Notes: generated from the letters alone by a model not told the origin. A DNA stretch of 64,000 nucleotides from an uncultured delta proteobacterium (GCA_963711565.1 CAVQEQ010000003.1:1184001-1248000); one strand, 5' to 3'. Shown: positions 52,923-62,984, numbered from the stretch's first letter. Translations and numbers: made by a program.

Positions 52923-54434
52923 CTAGCGGGGGACCGCTATAAAAAGCACTCCATCAATACCCGTATTCGAGCCGCTGATGTTGGCAATTGGTGCCACGTC
53001 TGGATAGTTGGGGTCGCTCAGCAGGCTGGCCAAAGGTGGATAGACGGTTACGCTGTTTGCACCGCCTGCTGAAAAGCCGTCATTTGTGACGTAGATGTTC
53101 CCCTTGGAATCTACGGCAACACCGAAAGGGTAACTGAGCCCGGTGTCAGGACCGGCGATCTTGGCGATCGGCGTCACGTCTCCGCCGCTCGCGGCTTGTG
53201 CGGCTGAATAGACTGTTATCGTCTGCGCCCCGAAATTCGCCGCGTACACATTTCCGTCAGAATCGAGCGCAACTCCAACGGCGCTAAGACCGGTGTTGAC
53301 ACCGCTGATGGTGGCGGCAGGAAGGCCGCTACCGGCCGAAAAGATGTTGACGCCCGGACTAGCAGCCACATAGAGGTTCCCGCCTGAGTCAACGGCGATA
53401 CCCTGGGCTGCCCCTGTGTTGGCGCCCGCAATTGCAAAGAAAGGCGCGATGTCACCTTCGCTGCCGCTTGCAAATTCCACGACCGAATCCGGGTACTCCG
53501 GAGCCGGACCGTTATCGTTTGTGACGAAAATGTTTGCGTGGGAGTCCACTGCGATGCCGTAGGGAGTTTCAAGTTCGGTCTTACTACCGGTGATGGTGGC
53601 GATTGGCGCGACGTTCCCGCCGCTCGCGGCTTCTGCTGCTGAATACAGGTAAATTACGCCGAAGCCACTGGCTACGTACAAATTTCCTGCTGAATCGAGG
53701 GCGACCCCCTGAACTCCGCCGAGTCCTGTTCGGTTTCCGATGATGGTTGTGGTGGGCGTCACGTTACCACTGCTCCCAGCCGCGTATGAGATCACACTGT
53801 TGTTTAGCCAATTGGTCACGAAGACCTCGGCCAGCCCGGGCACCAACGTCGGAGTCGCCGTAGGACTCGGTGCTACCGTGGGTGTCGCGGTTGGCGTCTG
53901 GGTGAACGTCGAAGTTGCAGTAGCGGTGGCTGTGCGCGTTGCCGTGGCGGTGGCTGTGGCCGTGGCAGTTGCGGTCGCCGTCACCGTTGCTGTGGCGGTT
54001 GGCGTGGGTGTCGTCGCGACGCCGAAAGCGGTTCCCTTCAACTTCACCACCTGCGCCTCGTCTGTCGGGCCAGCTCCAACGCTGTACGTGATGACGAGCG
54101 TTCCAGTATTCTTCGTTCCTTTCGGATTGCTCGCGACGGTTGGATCGAACGTGACCGAAAGCGCACAGAATGCAGGCTTTGCGGCAAGAATTGAAGTGCA
54201 GGTGTTCGAGGCGATAGCGAACGGGCCGCTCGGTGCTATTGAGGAAATGCTTAGGGCGACCTTGCTACGATTCGACACGGTTACAGTTCTTGAGGCAGAG
54301 ATCGTGCGAACCTTCACCTTCCCGAACGAAAGTTTCTTTGGGCTTACGTGCAGAGCGGGCTCCGTCAACAACGCGTGAACCAGTTGCGGGAGAATCAGGA
54401 TAACAAGAAGTGTGATGGGGATTGCCCTTCGCAA
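52923..54434 (-). CDS. Secreted protein: ASH/choice-of-anchor-D Ig-like domain, Thr/Ala/Pro linker, NHL beta-propeller repeats
   Basis: Signal peptide, VSPKKLSFGKV, TATATAT linker, repeated GVALDSAGNLYVA / GIAVDS units. Confidence 0.85.
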   Translation of the reverse strand: MRRAIPITLLVILILPQLVHALLTEPALHVSPKKLSFGKVKVRTISASRTVTVSNRSKVALSISSIAPSGPFAIASNTCTSILAAKPAFCALSVTFDPTVASNPKGTKNTGTLVITYSVGAGPTDEAQVVKLKGTAFGVATTPTPTATATVTATATATATATATATRTATATATSTFTQTPTATPTVAPSPTATPTLVPGLAEVFVTNWLNNSVISYAAGSSGNVTPTTTIIGNRTGLGGVQGVALDSAGNLYVASGFGVIYLYSAAEAASGGNVAPIATITGSKTELETPYGIAVDSHANIFVTNDNGPAPEYPDSVVEFASGSEGDIAPFFAIAGANTGAAQGIAVDSGGNLYVAASPGVNIFSAGSGLPAATISGVNTGLSAVGVALDSDGNVYAANFGAQTITVYSAAQAASGGDVTPIAKIAGPDTGLSYPFGVAVDSKGNIYVTNDGFSAGGANSVTVYPPLASLLSDPNYPDVAPIANISGSNTGIDGVLFIAVPR

Positions 54435-54613
54435 GGATCGCTTCCGCTAGAAATCCTGAGTCCCTGGCCTAAGACCTGTACTCATGCAGCAAGATTTCTC
54501 GGGAGCGAACATCAAATCGTTGAAGCCTTTCTCGTCCTCGTGGTTCGTCGGCTGGAACGGCGCTTGAGAGTATCCTCTGTGGTATCTGAGATCAAGTAAA
54601 AGCAACAGATGCC

Positions 54614-54850
54614 GTGATGAGTGCCACATCACGGCTTTCCGAGGCTCTTGCCGCAATAATCAGAAAGCGCAGACTCCAGAAAGGTTTGTCGCAAGAGGCG
54701 CTCGCTGAACTCGCAAAAGTTCATCACACCTACGTCAGCATGCTGGAGCGGGGGAAAAGTAAGCCAACGGTTGATGTTGCTGAGCGACTTGCCCGCGCCC
54801 TTGGAAAGAAGCTGTCTACGCTCATAGCGGAGGCCGAACGCACGCGCTGA
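54614..54850 (+). CDS. XRE-family HTH regulator (controller-protein-like)
   Basis: RKRRLQKGLSQEALAELAKVHHTYVSMLERG. Confidence 0.88.
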   Translation: MMSATSRLSEALAAIIRKRRLQKGLSQEALAELAKVHHTYVSMLERGKSKPTVDVAERLARALGKKLSTLIAEAERTR

Positions 54851-55022
54851 TCCCTGGGCTGCTAGAAGGGAGGCGCGGTGTGGTGCATCATGTCCCTCTC
54901 CGTGGTCAGCGTCTTTCGCCTCAAAATCGTGGGCTTCGAGCGCCCGGCCTTCCACTTGGAGTATCGGGGCGCGACAGGGATCTTGTAGTGATGGACCGTC
55001 CGGGAGTATTCAGTCCTCGACT

Positions 55023-55205
55023 ATGCCGATCCTCTATTTCCTACCGTGGTGTCGCTTGAGTGAACGTCTGGACGTGCACCCTGTATCGTTTATTCCGTTC
55101 AATCGAGTCTTCCCGCCGAGTGATTTTGACGACGCGACCGCGAGGCTGATTAGCAGTATTTCAGAAAATTTCATCGCAATTGACGGGAACCCCGTGTCTG
55201 AAAGC
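55023..55205 (+). pseudogene. Truncated N-terminal gene fragment (possibly ApeA/HEPN-type)
   Basis: MPILYFLPWCRL...NPVSES then runs into the antisense of another gene start. Confidence 0.35.
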
Positions 55206-55349
55206 GTAGAGATTCATCCAATCAAGCAGAGGATCACCAAGCGCAAAATTCCACGTGGCGGTAGCGCTAACCCAATCCAGCCAATCGTCACGCGTCTTCG
55301 GACTGATATCGACGCCATCCTCGCTATGTGTAGCTGAAGCGATTCCCAA
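55205..55349 (-). pseudogene. Truncated N-terminal gene fragment (possibly RecB-like/TM0106 nuclease family)
   Basis: GGAGGTGA SD, TTG 55349, WLDWVSATATWNFALGDPLLDWMNLY. Confidence 0.4.
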
Positions 55350-56397
55350 TCGTCACCTCCGAGCTGTGAAGACGGGCCTGCTGCAAGAAGCTCCGGCCTC
55401 TATCTTCTACGTTGCGCCGCTACACATGCCCATGCCGCTACAAGGGAGAGGCCCCCCATGCCAAGGAGAAACCTGGCAATCTTACATGAGAGCGACGCAG
55501 GGCTGCGAGCATTCAGAACTTGGATTTCAAGCACGGCACCCTCATGCGAAGTTGTCTGCGATGAATGGCGCCAGATTTTTGGATCTGCGAGTTGCTCGCT
55601 GCTTGAGCGGCGGTCGATGCAGAGTCTACGGGTCCTCCATAACGTGAAGAGGGGTATAGCCCCGGTCGGGCTGCATGGGACCCGAGGAATGCGGGCGCGC
55701 GCCTCGGGCCTTCCTCGGCATGTCCGCAAACCGCTGATGGGAAATCTGCGACTGGCAGCGCGTCGGGTCTTTTGAGGGTTCCCGGTGAAAACGAACGGGG
55801 CATTCGGTAGGCTCGGTCTCGGTAGCCAAGGCCACGGTGGTGGTCGAGTCCTGTTAAAAGATTACCCTCTTTGAGTCGGGCAGAATCAAGAGGGGCGCCG
55901 CAAAATCTCGGGCGGTGCTCGCGTTCTAGCCGCGTCTCGTGACGCGTGAACGGCCTCTTGGTGCGTAGATGCGGAAGCCGGCAGCGCGCGGTTAGCAGCA
56001 ATTTTTCGGGGTACTTTTGGGGGTAACTCCAAAACTCGCCGGCGAGAAGGAATCATGATCACGACGGTTTTGGAAACTTAGCGGTTCCCCCCGCCTCCAC
56101 CATCGAATGGGAATGACAGCTCGCTGCGGTCAGAGTTAGTATCAGGGCATGAAATAAAATATAACTAAAAGTAGAGTTTTCTGTTCCCTCTGACGCGGCA
56201 ATTGTACTACAATTCAGGTATTATGACGGGCAATAATGTGTTTGAACGCACTTTGTCTGCTCCGCTGGAAGCCACGCGAAGATAAACCGTGTTTAGGAGT
56301 TGCCCACGAGTACAGCAGTCAATGCGCAGAAGCAAACGGCGCTCTCGTTTGTTGAGCCGTACAACCATTTGATGAATCAAGGCGGCAGTTTGTACGA

Positions 56398-59142
56398 GTG
56401 GCAACCCGGGAGTCTTCGCTGAATCGTATTCGCGCATTCCTGTGCTGCGCGGTGTTCGTCGCAGCGTTTGCGGGCTACCAGCAGGTTGCGGGGGCAGTAT
56501 CGCAGCCGCTCGCGCTGATCGTTGAGCCGGTAAGCGATTCGAAGCTGGCGACGCTCGCCGGCAATACGCGTCCGGAAGCGACGGCGGCAAATGATCGCGG
56601 CCCCGTCGCCGCGGACCTTCCGCTGGATCACATGCTGCTTCAGTTGTTGCGGTCTCCCGAGCGGGAACAAGCGCTCGACAAATACATCAATCAGCTCGAG
56701 GACCCGAAGTCGCCGAACTACCATCATTGGTTGACCGCGCAGGAACTGAGACAGCGATACGGATTGGCTGCGCAAGATATCGACACGATCACAAATTGGC
56801 TCAAATCGCATGGCTTCACGGTCAACCGGGTATATCCCAACGGCCTCGTGATTGATTTCTCGGGTAACGCCGGCCAGGTCCAGGAAGCATTCCATACCGA
56901 GATACATCACCTGGACGTGCACGGAGCGACGCACATCGCCAACATGAGCGATCCCCGGATTCCGGCGGCGCTGGCGCCCGTGGTGGCGGGAGTGGTGTCG
57001 CTCAACGACTTCAGACCGCAAGCCAATTACACCTACAACTGTCCACCCGACACCTGTTATTCGCTGGCGCCGGCTGACCTGGCGACCATCTACAATCTCA
57101 GCCCGCTGTTTTCTGGGGGCATTTCAGGCCAGGGGCAAACGATCGTAGTGGTCGAGGAATCAGACGTTTATTCGTTGCCCGATTGGACTACATTCCGCGC
57201 TACGTTCGGTCTTTCGTCGTACACCGATGGGTCCGTTTCGCAGGTACATCCGGGATGCGACGATCCCGGCTTTAACACCAACGAGGGCGAGGCAATAATC
57301 GATGCTGAATGGGCCAGTGCAGCGGCGCCCAGCGCCACGATCGTGCTCGCTTCCTGCGCCAACACCACCACTCCCGGTGAGATAATCGCGATGGAAAATC
57401 TGTTGAATACCGATGGCACAAGCACCCCCGCCATCGTGAGCAACAGCTACGGGCAGGCTGAGACCGTGAACGGCTCGACGCTCAACGCCGCGATCAATTC
57501 TCTGTATCAGACCGCGGAAGTGGTGGACGGCGTTTCAGTCTTCGTTGCGGCGGGAGACTCGGGCGGGGCGTATGCTGACGAGGCTCCCGTTAATGCAGGG
57601 TCGGAATTCGCAGCCAGCATGGGAATTACCGTCAATGGTTCGGCGTCCACTCCGTACAATGTGGCAGTGGGCGGGACCGATTTCAGCGATACCTACGCGG
57701 GCACCAACAGCACTTACTGGAATGAGTCCAACACCGCCGATTACGGCTCTGCTATCTCGTATATTCCGGAAATCCCGTGGAACTACTCGTGCGCTGGTGA
57801 ATTGCTCGTCAGCTCCCTTGGCTATCCTTCGCAGTTCGGTTCGGCGAGTCTCTGCAACGAGGGTGGTTTTCTCGATATCACCGCAGGCGCCGGCGGGCCG
57901 AGCGGCTGCGCAACCGGGGCGCCCTCGACCCCAGGCGTCGTCAGCGGGTCGTGCCATGGATACGCGAAGCCCGCGTGGCAATCGATCCTGGGAAATCCGA
58001 GCGACGGCGTGCGCGACATTCCCGACGTGTCACTGTTCGCGTCGGACGGGCCCTGGGATCATGGATACGTCCAGTGCGACTCCGATCCGGTTGATGGCGG
58101 AGGCTGCGTCGCAGGAGTCGGAGGAACCTCGTTTGCCGCGCCGATAATGGCCGGCATCCAGGCGCTTGTGAATCAGAAACTTGACGCGCGCCAGGGTAAT
58201 CCGAATCCTGCGTACTACTCGCTGGCGGCTGCCGAGTACGGCACGAGCGGTTCGTCGTCGTGCAACTCATCGAAAGGCAACGCTGTCGGCAGCAAGTGCA
58301 TCTTCTATGACATAACCGAGGGCGACAGCGTCGTGCCATGCACTGGCTCCAACAACTGCTATGACCCGTCGGGCACCTATGGCGTGCTGTCCACTTCGGA
58401 CACATCTTTCGAGCCCGCGTATACGGCGACGGTTGGATGGGATTTCACCACCGGTATCGGCAGCGTCAATGCGTACAACCTCGTGATGGCATTCCCCGCG
58501 AGCGCGACGCCCACCCCAACTAGCACGGCGACGCCGACTGCGACCAGCACTGGCGCGACGCCGACCGCGACGCCATCGCGAACCGCGACCCCATCGAGGA
58601 CCGCGACCCCGACGGCAACCTCGACGGGGGCAACTCCAACGGCGACGGCGTCCGCAACGTCATCTCGGACAGCCACTGCGACGCCAACGGCGACTGCTAC
58701 CGGTACGGCAATCGCCACGCCGACCACGACGGCTACCCCGACTGCAACACCGACCGCGAGTGCGACCGCAACCGAGACTGCGACGCCGACCGCGACTCCG
58801 ACTCAGGTTCCGGAGCAGTTGAAGGTCAAGCCGTCGTCGAAGAATTTCGGCGACGTGAAGTTGGGCAGCACCAAAAGCGCGTCGCTCACCCTTACCAATG
58901 CGGCAAAAAAGGGACCGCCGATCACTTTCGGCCATCCGATGGCATCGCTCTCGCCGGTCAGCCCCGAGGAATTCAGGACGGTTGCCACGACTTGCCCGGC
59001 GCAGCTGATGCCGAAGAAGAAGTGCAAGATCACGCTCCAATTTGCTCCGACTTCAACGGGTCCGACCTCCTCCGCGCTAACCATCCTTGACAACGCCTCA
59101 AATGCCAACCAGGTGATCCAGTTACATGGCTCCGGCAAATGA
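56398..59142 (+). CDS. Secreted S53 (sedolisin/kumamolisin) peptidase with propeptide, PT linker and C-terminal Ig-like domain
   Basis: SPNYHHWLT prodomain, EGEAIIDAEW, AAGDSG, RDIPDVS, GGTSFAAP, GWDFTTGIGS. Confidence 0.92.
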   Translation: MATRESSLNRIRAFLCCAVFVAAFAGYQQVAGAVSQPLALIVEPVSDSKLATLAGNTRPEATAANDRGPVAADLPLDHMLLQLLRSPEREQALDKYINQLEDPKSPNYHHWLTAQELRQRYGLAAQDIDTITNWLKSHGFTVNRVYPNGLVIDFSGNAGQVQEAFHTEIHHLDVHGATHIANMSDPRIPAALAPVVAGVVSLNDFRPQANYTYNCPPDTCYSLAPADLATIYNLSPLFSGGISGQGQTIVVVEESDVYSLPDWTTFRATFGLSSYTDGSVSQVHPGCDDPGFNTNEGEAIIDAEWASAAAPSATIVLASCANTTTPGEIIAMENLLNTDGTSTPAIVSNSYGQAETVNGSTLNAAINSLYQTAEVVDGVSVFVAAGDSGGAYADEAPVNAGSEFAASMGITVNGSASTPYNVAVGGTDFSDTYAGTNSTYWNESNTADYGSAISYIPEIPWNYSCAGELLVSSLGYPSQFGSASLCNEGGFLDITAGAGGPSGCATGAPSTPGVVSGSCHGYAKPAWQSILGNPSDGVRDIPDVSLFASDGPWDHGYVQCDSDPVDGGGCVAGVGGTSFAAPIMAGIQALVNQKLDARQGNPNPAYYSLAAAEYGTSGSSSCNSSKGNAVGSKCIFYDITEGDSVVPCTGSNNCYDPSGTYGVLSTSDTSFEPAYTATVGWDFTTGIGSVNAYNLVMAFPASATPTPTSTATPTATSTGATPTATPSRTATPSRTATPTATSTGATPTATASATSSRTATATPTATATGTAIATPTTTATPTATPTASATATETATPTATPTQVPEQLKVKPSSKNFGDVKLGSTKSASLTLTNAAKKGPPITFGHPMASLSPVSPEEFRTVATTCPAQLMPKKKCKITLQFAPTSTGPTSSALTILDNASNANQVIQLHGSGK

Positions 59143-59326
59143 ATCGCTCATTAATTAAGCCAAGAAGTCCCGCTCGTCCTCAGGGGTTCCTGATACGGTC
59201 CCGCGCCTGAGCGCTATAAGGTCAAGCGCGCCGAAAGCGCCATCTCGGCTCCACGAAGCATTGCACCTCTTCTCCGCCTGAAACACTGCACGAGTATCGG
59301 AAGCCGGTATTAGGTACAATCGGTCC

Positions 59327-59713
59327 ATGCGCGGTGACGACGAACGCGAGGAGCCGACGATACTGGTCGTCGAGGACGACGAAGACGCACGCGATGCGAT
59401 GGTCGCGCTGCTGCAGCTTAAGGGTTATCGGGCCGTGCCTGCGAGCAATGGCAGGGAGGCGCTGGACTACCTGGATCAAGCACCGCCGCCCGACTTGATC
59501 ATACTCGACTTGTGGATGCCGGTGATGGATGGCTGGCAATTCCGCTCGGAACAAATGAAGAACCCGCGACTGGCGGACATACCGGTGATCGTCGTTAGCG
59601 CCTTGGGCGATCACGCCGAGGTTGACGCGAACGAAATCATCATTAAGCCCGTAGATGTGGATCGCCTGCTCGCGACCATCGGCCATTACTGCAGACCGGA
59701 GCCGACGCCATGA
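59327..59713 (+). CDS. Single-domain response regulator
   Basis: ILVVEDD, IILDLWMPVMDG, KPVD. Confidence 0.92.
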   Translation: MRGDDEREEPTILVVEDDEDARDAMVALLQLKGYRAVPASNGREALDYLDQAPPPDLIILDLWMPVMDGWQFRSEQMKNPRLADIPVIVVSALGDHAEVDANEIIIKPVDVDRLLATIGHYCRPEPTP

Positions 59714-60126
59714 GCGCGACAGGAGATCGCAACGCCCGCGATCTGAAAGAGATCGAAGCCCTGGAACAGCAGGAAGCCAGGGCGATGCTCGCCGCCGACG
59801 CTTCGACGCTACAGACGCTGTGGGCCGACGACATGGTCGTCAACAGCACCTCGAATCTTATCGCGGGAAAACAGATCCTGCTGGAAATGATCAAAGGCGG
59901 CCGGCTCAAGTTGCGCACCTACGAACGCCGCCCGGTCCGCATCACAGTGCTCGGCGATCTAGTCGTCAGCACAGGCAACGAGGTTTCTCAGCTGATTACG
60001 AATACTACCGAGTTCAAGCTGTTCGTTAGCTACATGAACGTGTGGGCGAAGCGCAACGGAAACTGGCAATTGCTCGCGCGTCACGTCGGCGCGATCGAGC
60101 GAGCAAAGCCCGCACCTCATCAGTGA
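59710..60126 (+). CDS. NTF2-like DUF4440 protein
   Basis: LWADDMVVN, VWAKRNGNWQLLARH. Confidence 0.8.
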   Translation: MSATGDRNARDLKEIEALEQQEARAMLAADASTLQTLWADDMVVNSTSNLIAGKQILLEMIKGGRLKLRTYERRPVRITVLGDLVVSTGNEVSQLITNTTEFKLFVSYMNVWAKRNGNWQLLARHVGAIERAKPAPHQ

Positions 60127-60278
60127 CTTAACTTTCGCTCGCCCGGGCTTCAAGCCATTCCGGCTCTCGAAGATCGCGCCATCACTGTCCGCACTCGCCT
60201 TCGCGATGCCGGACAGAAACCGAAACTTGCAGTAAATGTGCGCGCCATCTATACCGATGCTGCAATCGGAGCAGCATC

Positions 60279-61325
60279 GTGGAAATTCCGGGACACATTT
60301 CTCCGCCACCCTCGTTCCGGACAGGCGCGCATTCCAGGGTCCGCGTTTCAGTCGTCGTTCCGATTTTCAATAGCGCAAAGACTATCGCGCGAACCCTCGA
60401 GAGCATTCTCAGTCAGGACTTTGCCGATGGTACGGAAATCATTGCGGTAGATGACGGCTCGACCGACGCGACGGCGAGCGAATTGTCGCGCTTCTCGTCG
60501 CACCTCAGAATTATCAGCCAAAAAAACCAGGGAGTGGCCGCCGCGGAGAACGCGGGGGTCGGCGCGGCTAACGGCGAGTACATCGCCTTCTGCGATGCGG
60601 ACAACGTCTGGATGCCCGATAAACTCACCGCGACAGTAGGGGCGCTCGACCGCAATCGCGACGCGGTGCTGGCCTATTCAGATTGCATCCCGGTCGCCGA
60701 CGACGGCGTCCCGCTCGCCCCGTCGCTGGTCCCGTCCGAGCTGGCTCACGCGCCGTCGATGCGAGAGCTGCTGCGCGGCTGGTGGCCGATCGTTCCCAGT
60801 GCCGCGGTCACCCGCCGCGACGCCTACGACGCCTCCGGTGGCCAATGCACCGAGCTTCGTTCGTACCACGATGTTTATCTGTGGATGCTGCTGCGCGAGC
60901 TTGGACCGTTCGAATACGTGGCGCGTCCGCTGGTGAAATATCGCAAGACTACGGTCGCCGAGCGCACGCTGCGCGACGAGTGCTACTACGACGCCTTCGT
61001 GCGCCAGGTTCGTGCTCGCTACCACAACTCCGCCGATGGACTGCTTCGCGCGACGCGTCACGGATGCGCGAATCTGCTCGGCTATCGCGGCCTCCTCAAG
61101 ATGCGCAGCGGCAACCTCCGCGACGCGCGGCGCAGCTTCGCGCGCGCTGTCCGGCGGGAGCCGACCCATCTCCGCAACGCGATGCGCCTGATGCGCACTT
61201 TTCTGCCGCTCGGGCTGGCGCTGCGGTTAGGAGGAAGGACGTGCAGGCCTGAACTGGCACACTTCCCGGGCGCGGCGGCCGGTGAGTCCCGCCGAATCCA
61301 GCCGCAAGGCGCGCCGTCCGATTGA
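60279..61325 (+). CDS. Glycosyltransferase family 2
   Basis: VSVVVPIFN, VDDGSTD, NQGVAAA, FCDADNVW. Confidence 0.88.
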   Translation: MEIPGHISPPPSFRTGAHSRVRVSVVVPIFNSAKTIARTLESILSQDFADGTEIIAVDDGSTDATASELSRFSSHLRIISQKNQGVAAAENAGVGAANGEYIAFCDADNVWMPDKLTATVGALDRNRDAVLAYSDCIPVADDGVPLAPSLVPSELAHAPSMRELLRGWWPIVPSAAVTRRDAYDASGGQCTELRSYHDVYLWMLLRELGPFEYVARPLVKYRKTTVAERTLRDECYYDAFVRQVRARYHNSADGLLRATRHGCANLLGYRGLLKMRSGNLRDARRSFARAVRREPTHLRNAMRLMRTFLPLGLALRLGGRTCRPELAHFPGAAAGESRRIQPQGAPSD

Positions 61326-62117
61326 ATGACCACGCATTGGTCCAGGTACCATGCGGCGTGGGAAAGATTGGGGCCGCCGCTGCGACCTCATGCCGAGGCC
61401 TGCGCTGCTTATCGCCGGTTGCTAGGCGGATGCGCGGGTCCGGTCCTACTGCTGGGCGTTACGCCCGAGCTTGCCGATATCGCGCCGCGCGTAGTCGCGG
61501 TCGATCGCGCTTACCCATTGATCGCCGGCGTGTGGCCGGGTAACACGAGCCGGCGGCGCGCGGTGAATGGAAACTGGCTGACTTTGCCGTTCGCGAACGG
61601 ATCCTTCGCAGCGGTAGTCGGCGACGGCGCTCTCAACTCCGTGGATCATCCCGCCGGACAACGCCGCGTGTACGACGAGGCCGCTCGCGTACTGCGTCCC
61701 GGTGGCCGTGCGGTGTTTCGCGTTTACGCCGCGCCGCGACGATGCGAGTCCATCGCCCAGGTGCGCGACGATCTGATGGCGGGAGGGATCGGCAGCTTCC
61801 ACGCTTTCAAATGGCGGCTCGCGATGGCGCTGGTGGCGCGCGATAAGAATCCTAACATTTGCGTTCGCACGATTTATGATTCATTCGCCAACGAATTTCC
61901 GCGCCGCGACCTTATTGCGCGCGCCGCCGGCTGGGATGCCGCCGATATCGACACCATCGAGCTCTACCGCGATTCGACCGAAGTTTACAGCTTTCCCAAG
62001 ACCGAACAGTTCGAGTCGATCGTTCCTGCAAGTTTCGCGAATGTCAGGTTTGCGGAGTCCGGCCGCTACGAACTCGCCGAGCGATGTCCGCTGCTATCGA
62101 TGGACCTGCGATCCTGA
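61326..62117 (+). CDS. Class I SAM-dependent methyltransferase-like protein
   Basis: VLLLGVTPEL, VAVDR, GNWLTLPF, VVGDG, RVLRPGG. Confidence 0.75.
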   Translation: MTTHWSRYHAAWERLGPPLRPHAEACAAYRRLLGGCAGPVLLLGVTPELADIAPRVVAVDRAYPLIAGVWPGNTSRRRAVNGNWLTLPFANGSFAAVVGDGALNSVDHPAGQRRVYDEAARVLRPGGRAVFRVYAAPRRCESIAQVRDDLMAGGIGSFHAFKWRLAMALVARDKNPNICVRTIYDSFANEFPRRDLIARAAGWDAADIDTIELYRDSTEVYSFPKTEQFESIVPASFANVRFAESGRYELAERCPLLSMDLRS

Positions 62118-62126
62118 GCGGCCCAA

Positions 62127-62942
62127 ATGGCGCGAATAGTAGTCATCACGCACGAGTACGACGACTTCTTCAGCCGCGATTACCTGATCCAGGGATTGTT
62201 CGAACACTGGCGCGGCATGGGTCACGAGCTAATCGTCACTGCAGGAACGCGAACGGAGATTAGCGGCGACATCGCGATCCTGCACGTCGATTGCTCGGTC
62301 GTCAACGATGCGTATCTCGACTACGCGAAACGATTTCCGATCGTGCTGAACGCCGGCACTCGCGACATCCGGAAGTCCGCTGTCAGCCGCGTGATTGTCG
62401 ATCGAGGCGACGACTGGCGCGGCCCTGTCGTCGTAAAGTCCAACCTGAATACCGGCGGCCTGCCCGAACACATTCACAACCGCATCGCCAGGCGGATGGG
62501 CGCCGCGCCTCCGCATCGAACGGCAAAACTGTTCGAGCAGTACGAAGTTCTCGATTCGCAGGCACTCGTGCGCAGGCGCGTGTGGAAAGATCCGAGCCTG
62601 GTCGTTGAACGTTTTGTCCCCGAACATGATGAGCGCGGGTTCTGGCTCCGAACGTGGGTGTTCTTCGGTGACAGTGAGCGATGCAACCGCTACTGCGGAC
62701 CGCGCGCAATCGTAAAAGGATCCGAGACAACCTTCAGCGAACCGGCGCCGGTGCCGCAAGAGCTGCGCGAAATGCGCGCGCGCCTCGGCTTCGACTACGG
62801 CAAATTCGACTTCGCAGTGAACGATGGCCGTGCAACGCTATTCGACGCAAACCGCACCCCAGGCTCAGCCCCCAATCTAACCGCCCACTTCGTCAAAAAC
62901 GCCGCCAGCCTCGCCGCCGGCATAAATTCTTTCCTGAAATAG
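62127..62942 (+). CDS. ATP-grasp-fold protein
   Basis: PVVVKSNLN, LVVERFVPE, GFDYGKFDF, LFDANRTPG. Confidence 0.65.
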   Translation: MARIVVITHEYDDFFSRDYLIQGLFEHWRGMGHELIVTAGTRTEISGDIAILHVDCSVVNDAYLDYAKRFPIVLNAGTRDIRKSAVSRVIVDRGDDWRGPVVVKSNLNTGGLPEHIHNRIARRMGAAPPHRTAKLFEQYEVLDSQALVRRRVWKDPSLVVERFVPEHDERGFWLRTWVFFGDSERCNRYCGPRAIVKGSETTFSEPAPVPQELREMRARLGFDYGKFDFAVNDGRATLFDANRTPGSAPNLTAHFVKNAASLAAGINSFLK

Positions 62943-62984
62943 CGCGCGTGCGAGTAGCCGCTACAGGTGATACGCTCTGAAAAC

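Larger units (their letters stand above)
48490..56102. mobile_element. 7.6-kb integrative element (minimal satellite-like) in the ssrA 3' end
   Basis: 18-bp direct repeat TTCCCCCCGCCTCCACCA at 48490-48507 and 56085-56102 flanking int, alpA and primase-helicase. Confidence 0.93.

Noticed and set aside
53860-54020. Tandem GC-rich repeats (also 58500-58805) as a possible CRISPR or VNTR
   Set aside because: They encode Thr/Ala/Pro linkers with synonymous variation; there is no repeat-spacer structure and no cas gene.
55458-55775. 105-aa ORF in the island right arm
   Set aside because: A possible SD is present, but there are no recognisable motifs and several competing frames; it cannot be supported.
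56280-56397. c-di-GMP riboswitch before the S53 gene
   Set aside because: GCAAA is present, but the GAAA tetraloop/receptor and CGCAAAGC elements are missing.
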